This document shows positions 7,361 through 18,007 of a DNA stretch of 56,709 bases, in pieces. How positions within the stretch are numbered: the stretch's first letter is position 1; each line of letters begins with the position of its first letter. The stretch is from an uncultured Synergistaceae bacterium (GTDB taxonomy: Bacteria; Synergistota; Synergistia; Synergistales; Aminobacteriaceae): positions 1-56,709 of the forward strand of contig CAYWKH010000003.1 in assembly GCA_964458805.1 (NCBI GenBank), read 5' to 3'. The translations under genes and the position numbers were made by a program. The notes below the pieces were generated by a model. The model worked only from the letters and a program-made list of their open reading frames with translations, searched no databases and was not told the DNA's origin.

Positions 7361-7819
7361 TCAGATGACCTGCTCCCCAGGGCGATAGATCAGGACGGAG
7401 CAGTGCGCGTACCTTCCAACATTGGTGGCGGTGCTTCCGACCACGAGCCGTTCAAGCGTGCTCTGCCCCCTGTAGCCGATGACGATGAGGTGCACGTCGT
7501 TCTCCTTCGCGTAGTTTATGATCACGTCCGAGGGGTTCCCTTCCTTGACCACCATCTCGAAACTGGCCTTCTCAAGCTCGGGATGGTTCTCCTTTGCCTT
7601 GCGGAAGTAGTAGTCAAGCTTCTTTCGGGCTATCTCCGAGACCTCCACATCGATCTCCGGAGGCAGCCAGGGCTCGTACCCTCTCCAGAGCGTCGGGTGC
7701 GGGAGCACGTGCAGGAACGTCGCCTCGGCGCCCAGGCGAAATGCAAGCGAGCACCCGTAATAAAAGACTTCCTCCGACATCTTGCTCATATCCACCGCGA
7801 CCAAAATCTTCTTGAACAT
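7361..7819 (-). CDS. Universal stress protein (UspA family)
   Basis: 'MFKKILVAVDMS' and 'VHLIVIGYRGQSTLERLVVGSTATNVGRYAHCSVLI'. SD AGGAGGAA precedes the ATG at 7819. Confidence 0.85.
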   Translation of the reverse strand: MFKKILVAVDMSKMSEEVFYYGCSLAFRLGAEATFLHVLPHPTLWRGYEPWLPPEIDVEVSEIARKKLDYYFRKAKENHPELEKASFEMVVKEGNPSDVIINYAKENDVHLIVIGYRGQSTLERLVVGSTATNVGRYAHCSVLIYRPGEQVI

Positions 7820-8045
7820 GGCTGTTCCTCCTTTCTGATGAGGACAAGAAACTGGAATCCCCGGCCCGGTTTCATTATACAACTTTTCTCGGGATTTAGA
7901 CAACAGGGGCGCGAATACACAACAACGTGCGGGCACGTGCGCCGGAGAACCAAAAAGAGCTCCGCTTGCACAGGGGGCGTTGTGCTATAGTCTTTTCATG
8001 CCGTCATTCCGTGGGCTGGAATTATCTGCAAGGAGCTGGTGACAG

Positions 8046-8816
8046 ATGGGGGCCGGGTTTGTCATAATATTCTTCGCGCTGTTGGGCGCCTCTTTGGGTT
8101 CTTTTATAAACGTCGTCGCCTCGAGGACCGTCTCGGGCAGGCCGTGGGGATGGTCGGAGCGCTCCGCCTGCGAGACCTGCGGAGCCGTGTTGGAGTGGAG
8201 TGACCTTGTGCCCCTGTTCTCATGGCTGATGCTCCGCGGAAGGTGCCGCCGGTGTCATGCTAAAATCGGCATTCGCAGCCTGGCGGTCGAGGTGCTGGGA
8301 GCTACTGCGGGAGGCCTGCTGGCCTGGAGATGGGGGATTTCGACCGCCCTTCTGTTCTCGATGACCGCGGCCTTCGGCCTGTTCTTGAACGCACTGACAG
8401 ACATCGAGGACGGCTACGTCTTCGATGTCTTTCCACTTGCCATGGGAGTCGCTGGCGCCCTCCTCCGAATCGGCGGCGGCGGGGGCGCCCTGCTGGACGG
8501 GGCGGTGGGCGCTGTAGCCGGGCTGCTGGTCATAGGATGCATCATACTGCTCTCAAGGGGCGGCATGGGATGGGGAGACGCCACCATCGCGGCAGGGACC
8601 GGGGCCATATTGGGGTGGAAGATGCTCCTCCTGACGCTCTACACAGGGTTCATGCTGGGCGGCGGCATCATCATTATTCTATTGGCCTTCGGCAGGGTCG
8701 GCCGCAAGGACACTGTCCCGCTGGTGCCATTCCTGGCGGCCGGAGGTCTTATCACTCTTCTGGCCGGGCCGAGCATCCTCCTGTCGTTCGGTATCTCCCC
8801 AGGGTGGCCATGGTGA
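8046..8816 (+). CDS. pilD: Type IV prepilin peptidase (A24 family)
   Basis: N-terminal Cys cluster 'CETCGAVL...GRCRRCHAKI'. Catalytic Asp contexts 'LTDIEDGYV' and 'GWGDATIAAGTG'. Multi-TM protein. Confidence 0.85.
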   Translation: MGAGFVIIFFALLGASLGSFINVVASRTVSGRPWGWSERSACETCGAVLEWSDLVPLFSWLMLRGRCRRCHAKIGIRSLAVEVLGATAGGLLAWRWGISTALLFSMTAAFGLFLNALTDIEDGYVFDVFPLAMGVAGALLRIGGGGGALLDGAVGAVAGLLVIGCIILLSRGGMGWGDATIAAGTGAILGWKMLLLTLYTGFMLGGGIIIILLAFGRVGRKDTVPLVPFLAAGGLITLLAGPSILLSFGISPGWPW

Positions 8817-9603
8817 TCGCAAGCATTCTGTCCAGCGGTTCCAGGGATAACACGCCGTCCTGTGTGCGGAAGGAGTGATCCACCCCCGGGAGGATGATGA
8901 ACTCTTTGTCCTCTTCATCCAGCCTCAGGCTGCGAAATACCCGGCGGGATGATTCCTCGTCGAAGGTCTCGTCGCACCCGCCGTAGAAGAACAGGGCGAA
9001 TTCCAGCGAAGCCTTGGAGGCAGCGATGTGGACCGTTTCGCTGCTGCCGAGGGTGTCCAGTATGGGAAGGTTAAGCCCGTCGGACGCCTGGGTGCGCACC
9101 CGGTCCCCGCTTCCCGACACGACGAGGGCGTTTACAGCCGGTATCACGGGAGCGCGAAGGCCGGTCTGGCGCACGAAACCGGAAACCTCCTTTCCGGCCA
9201 GGAGGACGGAGATTATGCCCCCCAGGGAGAACCCCCAAAGGACTACAGGGCGCCCCGGCCATTCGGCCACCGCGGTCTCGAGCGCGGAGCACGCGTCGTA
9301 CACCTCCATGGCGAACGTCTTGCCTTGAAACGCGGCCATCGCCCACGCGACCCTGTCATCTCCGAAGGTCGCCTTGTCGCGCCGCAACCTGCCGGTCTCC
9401 ACTACGCATGCCAGGCAGCCGTTTCGTGCCAGCGACCGGGCCAGGTACCCGTACTTGTTCCCCTCCGCGGGAGTCGCGCTGCCGTGTACGCCGTGAAGCA
9501 ACAGCACCAATGGTGAGTCGTCGCTCGCTCCCTCCTCGAAGAAGTGAAGCAGGACCTCTCCATCTCCGAAGCTTGCAGGCGAGCTATTTGAACGAATATG
9601 CAC
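8752..9603 (-). CDS. Alpha/beta hydrolase (dienelactone-hydrolase-like)
   Basis: Nucleophile elbow 'GFSLGG' and 'LLLHGVHGS'. Its 3' end overlaps pilD convergently by 65 nt. Confidence 0.7.
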   Translation of the reverse strand: MHIRSNSSPASFGDGEVLLHFFEEGASDDSPLVLLLHGVHGSATPAEGNKYGYLARSLARNGCLACVVETGRLRRDKATFGDDRVAWAMAAFQGKTFAMEVYDACSALETAVAEWPGRPVVLWGFSLGGIISVLLAGKEVSGFVRQTGLRAPVIPAVNALVVSGSGDRVRTQASDGLNLPILDTLGSSETVHIAASKASLEFALFFYGGCDETFDEESSRRVFRSLRLDEEDKEFIILPGVDHSFRTQDGVLSLEPLDRMLAITMATLGRYRTTGGCSARPEE

Positions 9604-9717
9604 TGAACAGCCTCCTTTCTCCGGGCGGCAAGGGGATCGCCGCCAGACGCGCGGGCTTTCACAAAAGACCTGAAGACATTATAATACATTTGAGCATGAA
9701 CGAAAGGAAGGAAATCA

Positions 9718-10692
9718 GTGAATTCGCTTCCGCAACTTAACGTAGTAAAGTGCATTCTTTCGGTAAGAAAATCTAAGACTGAGAGATTTGATGTCTACTT
9801 TTACGAGATCCTGTCCCCGGCGGGACTGGTTTCGTTTAAAACTGTCCCGTCGCCCAACGGGGAGGATTCGGATCGCGGGGCTATCGTACGGAGCGAGAGC
9901 GCCAATTTCTTGCTCTATGCGGAGCAGCTCCTCGAGGATGGCGGGCAGAAGGAGCCTCCGATCCCCTCCAACAAGCTGGAGGAGCTTGAAAAGCTGTTGA
10001 TCGAGGTCCTTGCCCCCGGCGAGGCGAGACAGGTCCTGGACAGGGAGGACAGCTATATCAAGACACTTGAGGAGTCGGTGCGCAAGGAGATCCTGGCCAG
10101 GCTTGGCTACCGCGTCACCGCCTACTTGCACGTGGAGCGCTGCGACACGGAGAGCCTCGCGCCCTTCATCCGCGAGGTTGGAGCCGCCGCGCCGGGCGAC
10201 CCTGGCTCGACGGAACAGCTTTCTTTCCTGGTTCCCTGCGCTCCGGTCATCGACCCGGTCAAGGGCACGCCTGTAGCATCTTTAAACCAGGGCGACCTGG
10301 TCCTGCTGCGCCTGCCCGAGGACGAGAACGCCCCCGTAAGAGAGAAGCTGCAGCGGGCCGACCCCGCGTTCGACGGCATCGTCAAGGGCGAGGTGGTGTC
10401 GGTTCACCAGGACAGGCACGGGGGTTTCACGTTGCTCGTGCATCTGTCTGACGAGTTCAAGGGTGTGGTCACGATGGAGGGCAACAGTCGCATCCGAACG
10501 GAAGCAATCTCGAAAAAAGCACTTACCCTGGCGGATTCGACGAAGCCAACTGAAAAGGCGGAGGAACACGCCCCCTCTACAGCTACAGTCGTCCAAGCAT
10601 CCGAAGGCGACCCTGCCTGGCTCTACGGCCTTGCCCTCGGCTCCATGGTCGCCCTGATCGCCATCCTGCTGCTTCTGCGGTTTATAGGTTGA
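9718..10692 (+). CDS. Hypothetical C-terminally membrane-anchored protein
   Basis: GTG start after SD AGGAAGGA. No recognisable domain. A single C-terminal TM segment, 'WLYGLALGSMVALIAILLLL'. Confidence 0.55.
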   Translation: MNSLPQLNVVKCILSVRKSKTERFDVYFYEILSPAGLVSFKTVPSPNGEDSDRGAIVRSESANFLLYAEQLLEDGGQKEPPIPSNKLEELEKLLIEVLAPGEARQVLDREDSYIKTLEESVRKEILARLGYRVTAYLHVERCDTESLAPFIREVGAAAPGDPGSTEQLSFLVPCAPVIDPVKGTPVASLNQGDLVLLRLPEDENAPVREKLQRADPAFDGIVKGEVVSVHQDRHGGFTLLVHLSDEFKGVVTMEGNSRIRTEAISKKALTLADSTKPTEKAEEHAPSTATVVQASEGDPAWLYGLALGSMVALIAILLLLRFIG

Positions 10693-11302
10693 CCTCCGAG
10701 CCCGCGGCAGCGAATCCCAGCACGGTCTTCCCTGCAAACACCCTCTTCCCCTCTTCCACCAGTATCTCCGTTCCCTGCGGAAGGTAGATCTCGGTCCTGG
10801 CGAGCGAGGGGATTATGCCACACCTGTCCCCCCTCTCGAGCCCGCTCCCCCTGGCGATCCTGCAGACAACGTTTCTTCCCGGAAAGCCCGCGGTGTGTGC
10901 AAGCAAGACCGGCCCGCCGTCGGTCGACAACTCGACTATAACCCTCTCCCATCTTCGAGCCGCGTTGGACGGCGTACCTATCGGCAGCTTTCTGGGGAAC
11001 CTCACCAGCCGGTCCACCCTCCCTGCGCAGGGGGAACGGAGGACGTGCGCATCCGTCAGCGCCGTAGCCAGGCTTACCCGCATCGCCTTTCCTATGGACG
11101 GGTACACCCCTGTCACCACCCCGTCGACTGGCGACAGGCAACCATCACCGTCAGGCTGCCTGTCGGGATCCCTGAAATACCAGAACACGAACGGCAGCAG
11201 AGGGGCCAGGAACAGGGCCACGGGAGGAGCGAAATACAGGCTACCGGCGATCATGAAGGAAATGAAGGCCAGGGCGGGGACTCCTTCACGAGCCATCCTC
11301 AA
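10682..11302 (-). CDS. Phosphatidylserine decarboxylase-family protein (short type); the canonical Gly-Ser processing site is not evident
   Basis: 'FRDPDR...SPVDGVV', '[11 protein letters not shown]' and '[18 protein letters not shown]' align with short Psd proteins ('GERFGLIRFGSRLDVFLP'). TTG start with SD GGAGAGGGGG overlaps the gyrA stop by 4 nt. Confidence 0.65.
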   Translation of the reverse strand: MRMAREGVPALAFISFMIAGSLYFAPPVALFLAPLLPFVFWYFRDPDRQPDGDGCLSPVDGVVTGVYPSIGKAMRVSLATALTDAHVLRSPCAGRVDRLVRFPRKLPIGTPSNAARRWERVIVELSTDGGPVLLAHTAGFPGRNVVCRIARGSGLERGDRCGIIPSLARTEIYLPQGTEILVEEGKRVFAGKTVLGFAAAGSEVNL

Positions 11303-13743
11303 CTCATCGCCCCCTCTCCGCTGACCACGCTGATATCGGCCACGCTGTCGCCCTCGTCCAACCGGACGGTTATCGATCCCATGGCCGTCCTGCTCAGCAC
11401 AGGTATTTCCGCGACCGCGACTCTTATTATCCTGCCGCGCGCGGTGATGGCCATGATCTCGTCGTCCTCGGCCACGGACCAGCTTCCCACGAGGGCTCCG
11501 GTCCTGGCGCCCAGCCTCATGGCCCTCACGCCGAGGCCGCCGCGATTGCGCAGGGAGAACTCCATGAAGTTTGTGCGCTTGGCCAGCCCCTTTTCGCTTA
11601 TCACGAGCGCGTGGCGCCGGGGGTCGATCACCTCGCAGCTTATCACCTCGTCGCCCTCGCCGAGCTTTATACCTCGCACTCCGCGCGCGGCCCTGCCCAT
11701 CGACCGGAACGCTCCCTCGCTCACCCTTAGGGCCTGCCCCAGGGCCGTCATGAACAGCAGCTCGTCGTCGCCGGAGGTGAGTCGTACCTGGGCAATCCCG
11801 TCCCCATCGTCCAGGGTCAGCACCCTCTTCCCTCCCCTGTTGATGCGGGTGATCTCCGACAGGGGAAGGCGCTTGGCCACGCCTTTCCGCGTCGCGAAGA
11901 AGAGGTAGTTCTTTCCCTCGGGACTTCTGCCGTACATCGACACCACGGCCTCGCCATCCTCCAGGGGGACCAGCTTGTTCACGAGCCTGCCCTTGCCGGA
12001 GCGCGATTCGGGTATCATATGCCCGCGCACGGTCAGAACTCGCCCGGCGGACGTGAACAGGTAGACGTCCTTGTGAGTGTTGGTAATGGCGAACACCGAG
12101 ATCTCGTCCTCCTCCTGCAGAGGCGCCCCCTTGCGTCCCTTTCCTCCGCGGGCCTGGGGGACATACTCGTCGAGGCTCTTGCGCCGCAGATAACCGTCCT
12201 TGGACAGGATCACCACGATGTCGTCCTCGGGGATCAGGTCCTCCACCGATACCTCCTCGTAGCTGTCGATTATCTCGGTCCTGCGCGGGCTGTCGAACTT
12301 CCTCTTCAGCGCGTCCAGCTCGTCCCTGATAACGCCGTCCAGGATACTGTGGTCGCCCAGTATGCTCCTGTACCGCTCGATATCCGCGAGCAGCGCGGCG
12401 AACTCCTGGTCCAGTTTCTCGCGCTCAAGGCCCGTGAGGCGCTGCAGGCGCATCTCCAGGATCGCCTGCGCCTGGGCCTCGGAGAAGCCAAGCGGGCCGG
12501 ACAGCCCCTCCCTGGCCTCCTGAGCGGTGCGGGCCGCTCGTATGGTGGCGATAACTCGGTCGATCATGTCGAGCGCTTTGACGAGCCCCTCGACTATGTG
12601 AGCGCGGGCCAGGGCCTTGTCCAGGCGGAACTGGGTCCTCCTGCGCACCACGGCGCGCCTGTGATCCAGGAAGAGGGAGAGCATCTCCATCACGGGCAGC
12701 TCCCTCGGGCTGTTGTCCACCAGCGCGAGGTTTATAACTCCGAAGGTGGACTGGAGCTGGGTACGCCTGAAAAGCTGGCGCCTGACCAGCTCCGCGTCGG
12801 CGTCCCTCTGCAGGTCCAGTACGATGCGCAGCCCGTCGCGGTCCGACTCGTCCCTTATATCCGCTATTCCGTCTATCTGTTTTTCCTGCACGCAGGAGGC
12901 GATCGTCTCTATCAGCGAGGACTTGTTCACCATGTAGGGGATCTCGGTTATGACCACGGCGGTCTTTCCCCTCTTCCTCTCCTCCACCATGGTCCTGCCC
13001 CGCAGGATTATCTTGCCGCGGCCGGTGCGGTAAGCGTCTACAATGCCGTTGCGGCCCAGGATGATCCCCCCGGTCGGGAAATCCGGGCCAGGCATCCTGG
13101 AGTATACCTCCCCAAACTCCGGCTCTCCCTCGCAGTCGATGAGGTACTCAAGGGCGTCCGCCACCTCCAGAAGGTTGTGAGGCGGAATGTTGGTGGCCAT
13201 GCCGACCGCGATGCCGGAGCTGCCGTTGACGAGCAGGTTCGGGACCATCGACGGGAGTGCCAGCGGCTCCTTGAGGGATTCGTCGAAGTTGGGCCCCCAG
13301 TCCACCGTGTCCTCGTCGATATCCGCCAGCATGAGCTCTCCGGCCTCGCACAGCTTGGCCTCCGTGTAGCGCATCGCGGCGGCGGGGTCTCCGTCTATCG
13401 AGCCGAAGTTGCCCTGTCCGTCCACCAGCGGGTAGCGCATGCTGAAATCCTGCGCCATCCTAACCATGGTGTCGTAGATGGCGGAGTCGCCGTGGGGGTG
13501 GTACTTGCCCATCGTCTCTCCGACGACGCGGGCCGACTTTTTATACGCCGTACCGGGGCGCAGCCCGAGCTCCATCATCGCGTACAGGATCCTCCGCTGC
13601 ACGGGCTTCAGCCCGTCGCGCACATCGGGAAGCGCACGCCCGACTATGACGCTCATGGCGTAGTCGAGATAGCTGTTCTTGATTACATCAACCAGCGGAA
13701 GGGAGACCACCCTGCCGGTTGTTTCCGTCCTCTGTTCATCCAT
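11299..13743 (-). CDS. gyrA: DNA gyrase subunit A
   Basis: '[34 protein letters not shown]', active-site '[10 protein letters not shown]', and a C-terminal beta-pinwheel region. Confidence 0.95.
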   Translation of the reverse strand: MDEQRTETTGRVVSLPLVDVIKNSYLDYAMSVIVGRALPDVRDGLKPVQRRILYAMMELGLRPGTAYKKSARVVGETMGKYHPHGDSAIYDTMVRMAQDFSMRYPLVDGQGNFGSIDGDPAAAMRYTEAKLCEAGELMLADIDEDTVDWGPNFDESLKEPLALPSMVPNLLVNGSSGIAVGMATNIPPHNLLEVADALEYLIDCEGEPEFGEVYSRMPGPDFPTGGIILGRNGIVDAYRTGRGKIILRGRTMVEERKRGKTAVVITEIPYMVNKSSLIETIASCVQEKQIDGIADIRDESDRDGLRIVLDLQRDADAELVRRQLFRRTQLQSTFGVINLALVDNSPRELPVMEMLSLFLDHRRAVVRRRTQFRLDKALARAHIVEGLVKALDMIDRVIATIRAARTAQEAREGLSGPLGFSEAQAQAILEMRLQRLTGLEREKLDQEFAALLADIERYRSILGDHSILDGVIRDELDALKRKFDSPRRTEIIDSYEEVSVEDLIPEDDIVVILSKDGYLRRKSLDEYVPQARGGKGRKGAPLQEEDEISVFAITNTHKDVYLFTSAGRVLTVRGHMIPESRSGKGRLVNKLVPLEDGEAVVSMYGRSPEGKNYLFFATRKGVAKRLPLSEITRINRGGKRVLTLDDGDGIAQVRLTSGDDELLFMTALGQALRVSEGAFRSMGRAARGVRGIKLGEGDEVISCEVIDPRRHALVISEKGLAKRTNFMEFSLRNRGGLGVRAMRLGARTGALVGSWSVAEDDEIMAITARGRIIRVAVAEIPVLSRTAMGSITVRLDEGDSVADISVVSGEGAMS

Positions 13744-13901
13744 ACTCGCCTTCGACCTCCACAACGTCTTTCGGATATTGTATCATGTTTGCCCTGGCCA
13801 TATGATGCACGCGGCTGATGTGTCTGCCTTTGAATGGTAAATCGTTTTTATGATAGACTGTATAAAGCGCGAAAAAATTCATCTGCAGGGAGGGACAAGG
13901 G

Positions 13902-14423
13902 ATGTCGAAAAAAATCGCGATTCTTGTCGAGGAGGGCATTCACGACCTGGAGTTCTGGTACCCGTACTACAGGCTCGTGGAGGAGGGATACTCGCCCGTC
14001 ATCATAGGTCCGGACTCGAAGAGGACCTATACGGGGAAGATGGGCGGCCCGTTCAGGGCGGAGAAGACGCCCGGGGAGGTGTCCGCATCGGATTTCGCGG
14101 GGGTCGTCGTGCCCGGTGGGTGGGGGCCCGACAAGCTAAGGGCGGACAGGGGCATAGTGGAGCTCGTTCGCAAAATCCATGAGAACGGCGGCGTGGTGGC
14201 GGCGATCTGCCATGGGGGAAGCGTCCTGGTATCGGCGCGTATCCTCGGCGGGGTCCGCGCGACCTCCTACGTCAGCATCAGGGACGATATGGAGCTGGCG
14301 GGCGCCGAGTGGACGGACGAGGCGGTGGTGGTGTCCCGCAGGATCGTCACCAGCCGCTCCCCGGCCGACCTCCCCGTCTTCTGCAAGGCTTTGCTCGGGG
14401 AGCTGGCGGGTAAAAACGCGTAG
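13902..14423 (+). CDS. DJ-1/PfpI family protein (intracellular protease/amidase type)
   Basis: 'KIAILVEEG..DLEF' and the nucleophile elbow 'VAAICHGG'. Confidence 0.85.
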   Translation: MSKKIAILVEEGIHDLEFWYPYYRLVEEGYSPVIIGPDSKRTYTGKMGGPFRAEKTPGEVSASDFAGVVVPGGWGPDKLRADRGIVELVRKIHENGGVVAAICHGGSVLVSARILGGVRATSYVSIRDDMELAGAEWTDEAVVVSRRIVTSRSPADLPVFCKALLGELAGKNA

Positions 14424-14455
14424 GCGACGGTCGCGGACAAACCTGCATTACGACG

Positions 14456-14484
14456 GGGAGGGGCCCTCGACAGAGGCCCCTCCC
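14456..14484. terminator. Hairpin between convergent DJ-1 and ilvD genes
   Basis: 10-bp stem: gggaggggcc (14456-14465) pairs with ggcccctccc (14475-14484). Confidence 0.55.
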
Positions 14485-14490
14485 TCGCGT

Positions 14491-16155
14491 CTAGCCCTCC
14501 TTGAAAACCGCTCCCTCGGCCCCGGAAGTGACGAACGAGCGATATCTGCCGAGGAAACCGCTCTGAACCGGGTACTCCGCAGGGCGCCACCCCTTCCTGC
14601 GGCGCTCCAGCTCGGCTTCGGGGACCGCCAGTTGCAGACTCCTCCCCGGGATGTCGATCTCTATCGTGTCGCCCTCCTCCACCAGGCCGATCGCCCCGCC
14701 GGCCGCGGCCTCGGGGGAGACGTGGCCTATCGAGGCCCCTCGCGACGCCCCGGAAAAACGTCCGTCGGTGATCAGGGCGACCGTCTTGTCCATGCCCATC
14801 CCGGCCAGGGCGGACGTCGGAGTCAGCATCTCGCGCATACCCGGGCCGCCCTTGGGGCCCTCGTAGCGGATCACGACGACATCTCCGTGCCTTATCCTGC
14901 CGCCCAGAATCGCCTCGGTGACGGCCTCCTCGCCGTCGAACACTCTCGCAGGTCCGGAGTGCCTGAGCATGGAGGGGTCGACCGCGGACTGCTTTACGAC
15001 GCTCCCCTCGGGCGCGAGGTTCCCCTTCAGGACGGCCAGCCCTCCCTGCGCGTGATAGGGGTCGCCCAGGGGCCTTATCACCGCGTCGTCCTTCACACGG
15101 ACTCCCTCCAGGTTCTCGGCTACGGTCCTGCCGGTCGCGGTGACCGGGCTAGCGTCGATCAGCCCTCCCTCCGCGAGCCTCGACATCACCGCCTGGACTC
15201 CGCCGGCCGCGAACAGGTCCTGGATGTGGTGCGAGCCGCCGGGGCTCATGCTGCAAAGGTGCGGCGTGCTGGCCCCGATATCGTCGAAGCGGTCCAGCGT
15301 GAGGGAGAGGCCCGCGGTGCGAGCCAGGGCGGGAAGGTGCAGCGCCGTGTTCGTCGAGCCGCCGAGCGCCATGTCCACCGCCACCGCGTTGTCGAACGCC
15401 GCCTGTGTCATTATGTCTCTTGGACGGATGTTCCTCTCGAAGAGAGCCATTACGGCTCGCCCCGCCTCCTTGGCCAGCCGGTCGCGCGCGGAGTAGACCG
15501 CCGGGATCGTCCCGTTGCCGGGCAGGGCCAGTCCCAGCGCCTCCATCATGCAGTTCATCGTGTTGGCTGTGAACATCCCCGCGCAGGAGCCGCAGGTCGG
15601 GCACGTCAGATCCTCTATCTCGCGAAGCTCCTCGTCGGACATGGACCCCGCCGCCCTCCTGCCGACCGCCTCGAAGATATCGCTGAGGTCCACCTCCTTC
15701 CCGTCGCACACCCCGGCCAGCATCGGCCCGCCGCTTATCATCACCGTCGGAATGTTGAGCGACAGCGCGGCCATCGCCATTCCCGGGATGATCTTGTCGC
15801 AGTTGGTGACCAGGACCAGCGCGTCGAGCGCGTGAGCCCTGGCCATGAGCTCTATCGAGTCCATGATCAGCTCGCGGCTGGGCAGGGAATACTTCATGCC
15901 CTCGTGGTTCATGGCTATCCCGTCGCACACCCCTATGACCGGAAACTCGAGCGGGAGGCCGCCGAAGGCGTAGACCGCGGACTTGACGGCCTGGGTTATC
16001 CTGTTCAGGTGTATGTGCCCGGGAATGATTGCATTGTATGAGTTCGCCACCCCTATCCAGGGGCGGTCGATCTCCCAGTCGGTGTATCCCGACGCCTTCA
16101 GCAGCGAGCGATGAGGCGCCCTCTCCGCTCCTCTTTTCGCACTGTCGCTTTTCAA
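14491..16155 (-). CDS. ilvD: Dihydroxy-acid dehydratase (IlvD/Edd family)
   Basis: '[20 protein letters not shown]', '[15 protein letters not shown]', 'TNCDKIIPG' and '[16 protein letters not shown]'. TTG start at 16155; the longer 711-aa ORF is upstream read-through. Confidence 0.9.
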   Translation of the reverse strand: MKSDSAKRGAERAPHRSLLKASGYTDWEIDRPWIGVANSYNAIIPGHIHLNRITQAVKSAVYAFGGLPLEFPVIGVCDGIAMNHEGMKYSLPSRELIMDSIELMARAHALDALVLVTNCDKIIPGMAMAALSLNIPTVMISGGPMLAGVCDGKEVDLSDIFEAVGRRAAGSMSDEELREIEDLTCPTCGSCAGMFTANTMNCMMEALGLALPGNGTIPAVYSARDRLAKEAGRAVMALFERNIRPRDIMTQAAFDNAVAVDMALGGSTNTALHLPALARTAGLSLTLDRFDDIGASTPHLCSMSPGGSHHIQDLFAAGGVQAVMSRLAEGGLIDASPVTATGRTVAENLEGVRVKDDAVIRPLGDPYHAQGGLAVLKGNLAPEGSVVKQSAVDPSMLRHSGPARVFDGEEAVTEAILGGRIRHGDVVVIRYEGPKGGPGMREMLTPTSALAGMGMDKTVALITDGRFSGASRGASIGHVSPEAAAGGAIGLVEEGDTIEIDIPGRSLQLAVPEAELERRRKGWRPAEYPVQSGFLGRYRSFVTSGAEGAVFKEG

Positions 16156-16196
16156 ATTCCTCGCAACCTCCTGTCTGCGGGTATGCACCCGAATTG

Positions 16197-17486
16197 CTAA
16201 ACCCCGCCGGCTCCCCAGACGAGAGAGGGAAGCAGCAGTATGATCGACGGGAAATACGTTGCCAGCAGAAGAACTCCTATCAGCACCAGGACCATCGGGA
16301 TGATCGGCCTGCATATCTGCTCCATGGAGAGGCCCGAGATCGCCCCGGCAACGTAGATGTTGATCGCCACCGGAGGCGTGGCCATTCCTATCGCGAGCCC
16401 CACCACCAGGACCACCCCGAAGTGAAGCAGGTTGCCGCCCGTCTGCACGACCGTCGGCAGCAGCACCGGCGTCAGGACGATCAGTGCCGACGCCGTCTCC
16501 ATGAACATCCCTGCCAGCAGGACTATCACCGTGATCATGAGGTATATCATGAAGGGGCTGCCGCCCGCGAAACCGAGCAGGAAGCGCGCCACCGCCTCCG
16601 GTATCCGGTAGAAGGCGAGCCCCCACCCGAACAGCTTGGCCGTCGAGATGATGAACATTATCAGGGCCGAAGTGACCCCGGCCCCCACCACGAGGTCGTA
16701 GAACTGTCTGAACGTCATGGACCGGTAGACGAAGAACGCAAGAAGCATTGAATATACAACTGCGACCGCGGCGGCCTCCGAGGGCGTGAAGTAGCCGGAG
16801 AAGATCCCTCCGAGAATTATCACCGGAGTTATAAGGCCCCAGGTGGCATCCAGGAATAGCCTCAGCTTCTCGCCCCCTGTGGTGGCGGCGCTGGCAGGGT
16901 ACCCCCTCTTGCGCGCGACGTAGATCGAGTATGCGATGAGTCCGGCGCCCATCAGGAATCCGGGCACGAAGCCGGCCATGAACAGCTTTGCCACCGACAC
17001 CCCGGCTATCACCGCGTACAGGACCATCGGCACGCTCGGCGGGATCACCACCCCTATGGTGCCGGAGGAGGCTATGAGCGCGGCGGAGAAGTCCACGTCG
17101 TACCCCTTCTGCCTGAGCTGGGGCAGGAGCGCGGAGCCAACCGCTGCCGTGGTCGCGGCTCCCGACCCCGAGATGGCGGCGATGAACATCGACGCGACCG
17201 TGGAGACTATCGACAGGCCGCCCCTGAATCGCCCGAGGGTCGCCTCCGCGAAGGCTATTATTCTCTCGGAGATTCCGCCCTTGGCGAGAAGGTCGCCGGC
17301 CAGGACGAAGAACGGCACGGCCACCAGGGCGAAGGACTCGTTCCCGGAGAACATCGTCTGCGGGATCATCTCGAGCGGGAAGCCGCTCAGGAAGACCACG
17401 AGCAGCCCCGACGCGCCTATCGCGAGTCCCACCGGGACACCGAGGAGCATGAACAGTATGAAACCACCGGTCAGCACGAGTCCCAT
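16197..17486 (-). CDS. dctM: TRAP transporter large permease (DctM)
   Basis: '[16 protein letters not shown]...' and '[21 protein letters not shown]'. ATG at 17486 follows SD GGGAGGGGA, 1 nt after the dctQ stop. Confidence 0.9.
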   Translation of the reverse strand: MGLVLTGGFILFMLLGVPVGLAIGASGLLVVFLSGFPLEMIPQTMFSGNESFALVAVPFFVLAGDLLAKGGISERIIAFAEATLGRFRGGLSIVSTVASMFIAAISGSGAATTAAVGSALLPQLRQKGYDVDFSAALIASSGTIGVVIPPSVPMVLYAVIAGVSVAKLFMAGFVPGFLMGAGLIAYSIYVARKRGYPASAATTGGEKLRLFLDATWGLITPVIILGGIFSGYFTPSEAAAVAVVYSMLLAFFVYRSMTFRQFYDLVVGAGVTSALIMFIISTAKLFGWGLAFYRIPEAVARFLLGFAGGSPFMIYLMITVIVLLAGMFMETASALIVLTPVLLPTVVQTGGNLLHFGVVLVVGLAIGMATPPVAINIYVAGAISGLSMEQICRPIIPMVLVLIGVLLLATYFPSIILLLPSLVWGAGGV

Positions 17487-17487
17487 G

Positions 17488-17994
17488 CTATCCCCTCCCA
17501 TTCCCGGCCGCGAACCCGGCGGCCAGGTGAAGCAGCACAACGCAGCCCGCCACCGGGTAGACAAAGTATATCCACGTCATGGATATCCCCATCGCGGGAG
17601 TCGTCTGCATCGCCTCGGACCTCATCAGCACGGCGCCGTAGAAGGCCACTACGGAGAAGAATACGACCCCCACAAGCTGCACGAAAATGTGCGCCGCCCT
17701 CCTCAAGCCGGGCGGCAGCCTGTCCACCAGGAAGGTCACGGCGATGTGGGAGCCGCGCTTGAAGGCCACCGCCGCGCCAAGCAGCGAGGAGGCGACAAGC
17801 AGGTAGGTCGTCAGCTCCTCGGACCATATCAGGGCCTCGAAGAAGACCCTGCAGACTATCTGAAGCGATGTCACCGCTATCATCACCATCATCATGATGA
17901 AGAGCAGAACCTCGCTGACCCTGTTTACAGAGTTGCTCAGGCGCGCAAGGGGCGACCTGCCGCCGCCCCCTGCGCTGTTCTCCCCTGGGTTCAT
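17488..17994 (-). CDS. dctQ: TRAP transporter small permease (DctQ)
   Basis: Four-TM small subunit with 'IWSEELTTYLLV'. Start taken at the first ATG downstream of the dctP stop. Confidence 0.8.
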   Translation of the reverse strand: MNPGENSAGGGGRSPLARLSNSVNRVSEVLLFIMMMVMIAVTSLQIVCRVFFEALIWSEELTTYLLVASSLLGAAVAFKRGSHIAVTFLVDRLPPGLRRAAHIFVQLVGVVFFSVVAFYGAVLMRSEAMQTTPAMGISMTWIYFVYPVAGCVVLLHLAAGFAAGNGRG

Positions 17995-18007
17995 CCGGCG
18001 CTCCCCG

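Noticed and set aside
12019-13818. 599-aa ORF on the plus strand opposite gyrA
   Set aside because: It is an antisense shadow ORF typical of high-GC DNA. The product is Arg/Gly/Pro/His-rich low-complexity sequence with no motifs, while the opposite strand encodes an unmistakable GyrA.
14179-16041. 620-aa plus-strand ORF opposite ilvD. Similar long antisense ORFs lie at 23140-24891, 37467-38666, 40735-42300, 44384-45766, 47442-48290 and 52960-54345.
   Set aside because: All lie antisense to genes with strong family signatures and encode Arg/Pro/Gly-rich low-complexity products. They are judged non-coding.
14491-16626. Very long N-terminal extensions in the ORF track: ilvD 711 aa, binding protein 835 aa (50027-52534), livM 478 aa (48227-49663), lysA 464 aa and livG 303 aa
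   Set aside because: The extensions run through upstream genes or leaders in another gene's space. Conserved family N-termini, SD sequences and the upstream stop codons place the real starts at 16155, 51184, 49090, 52584 and 48230.
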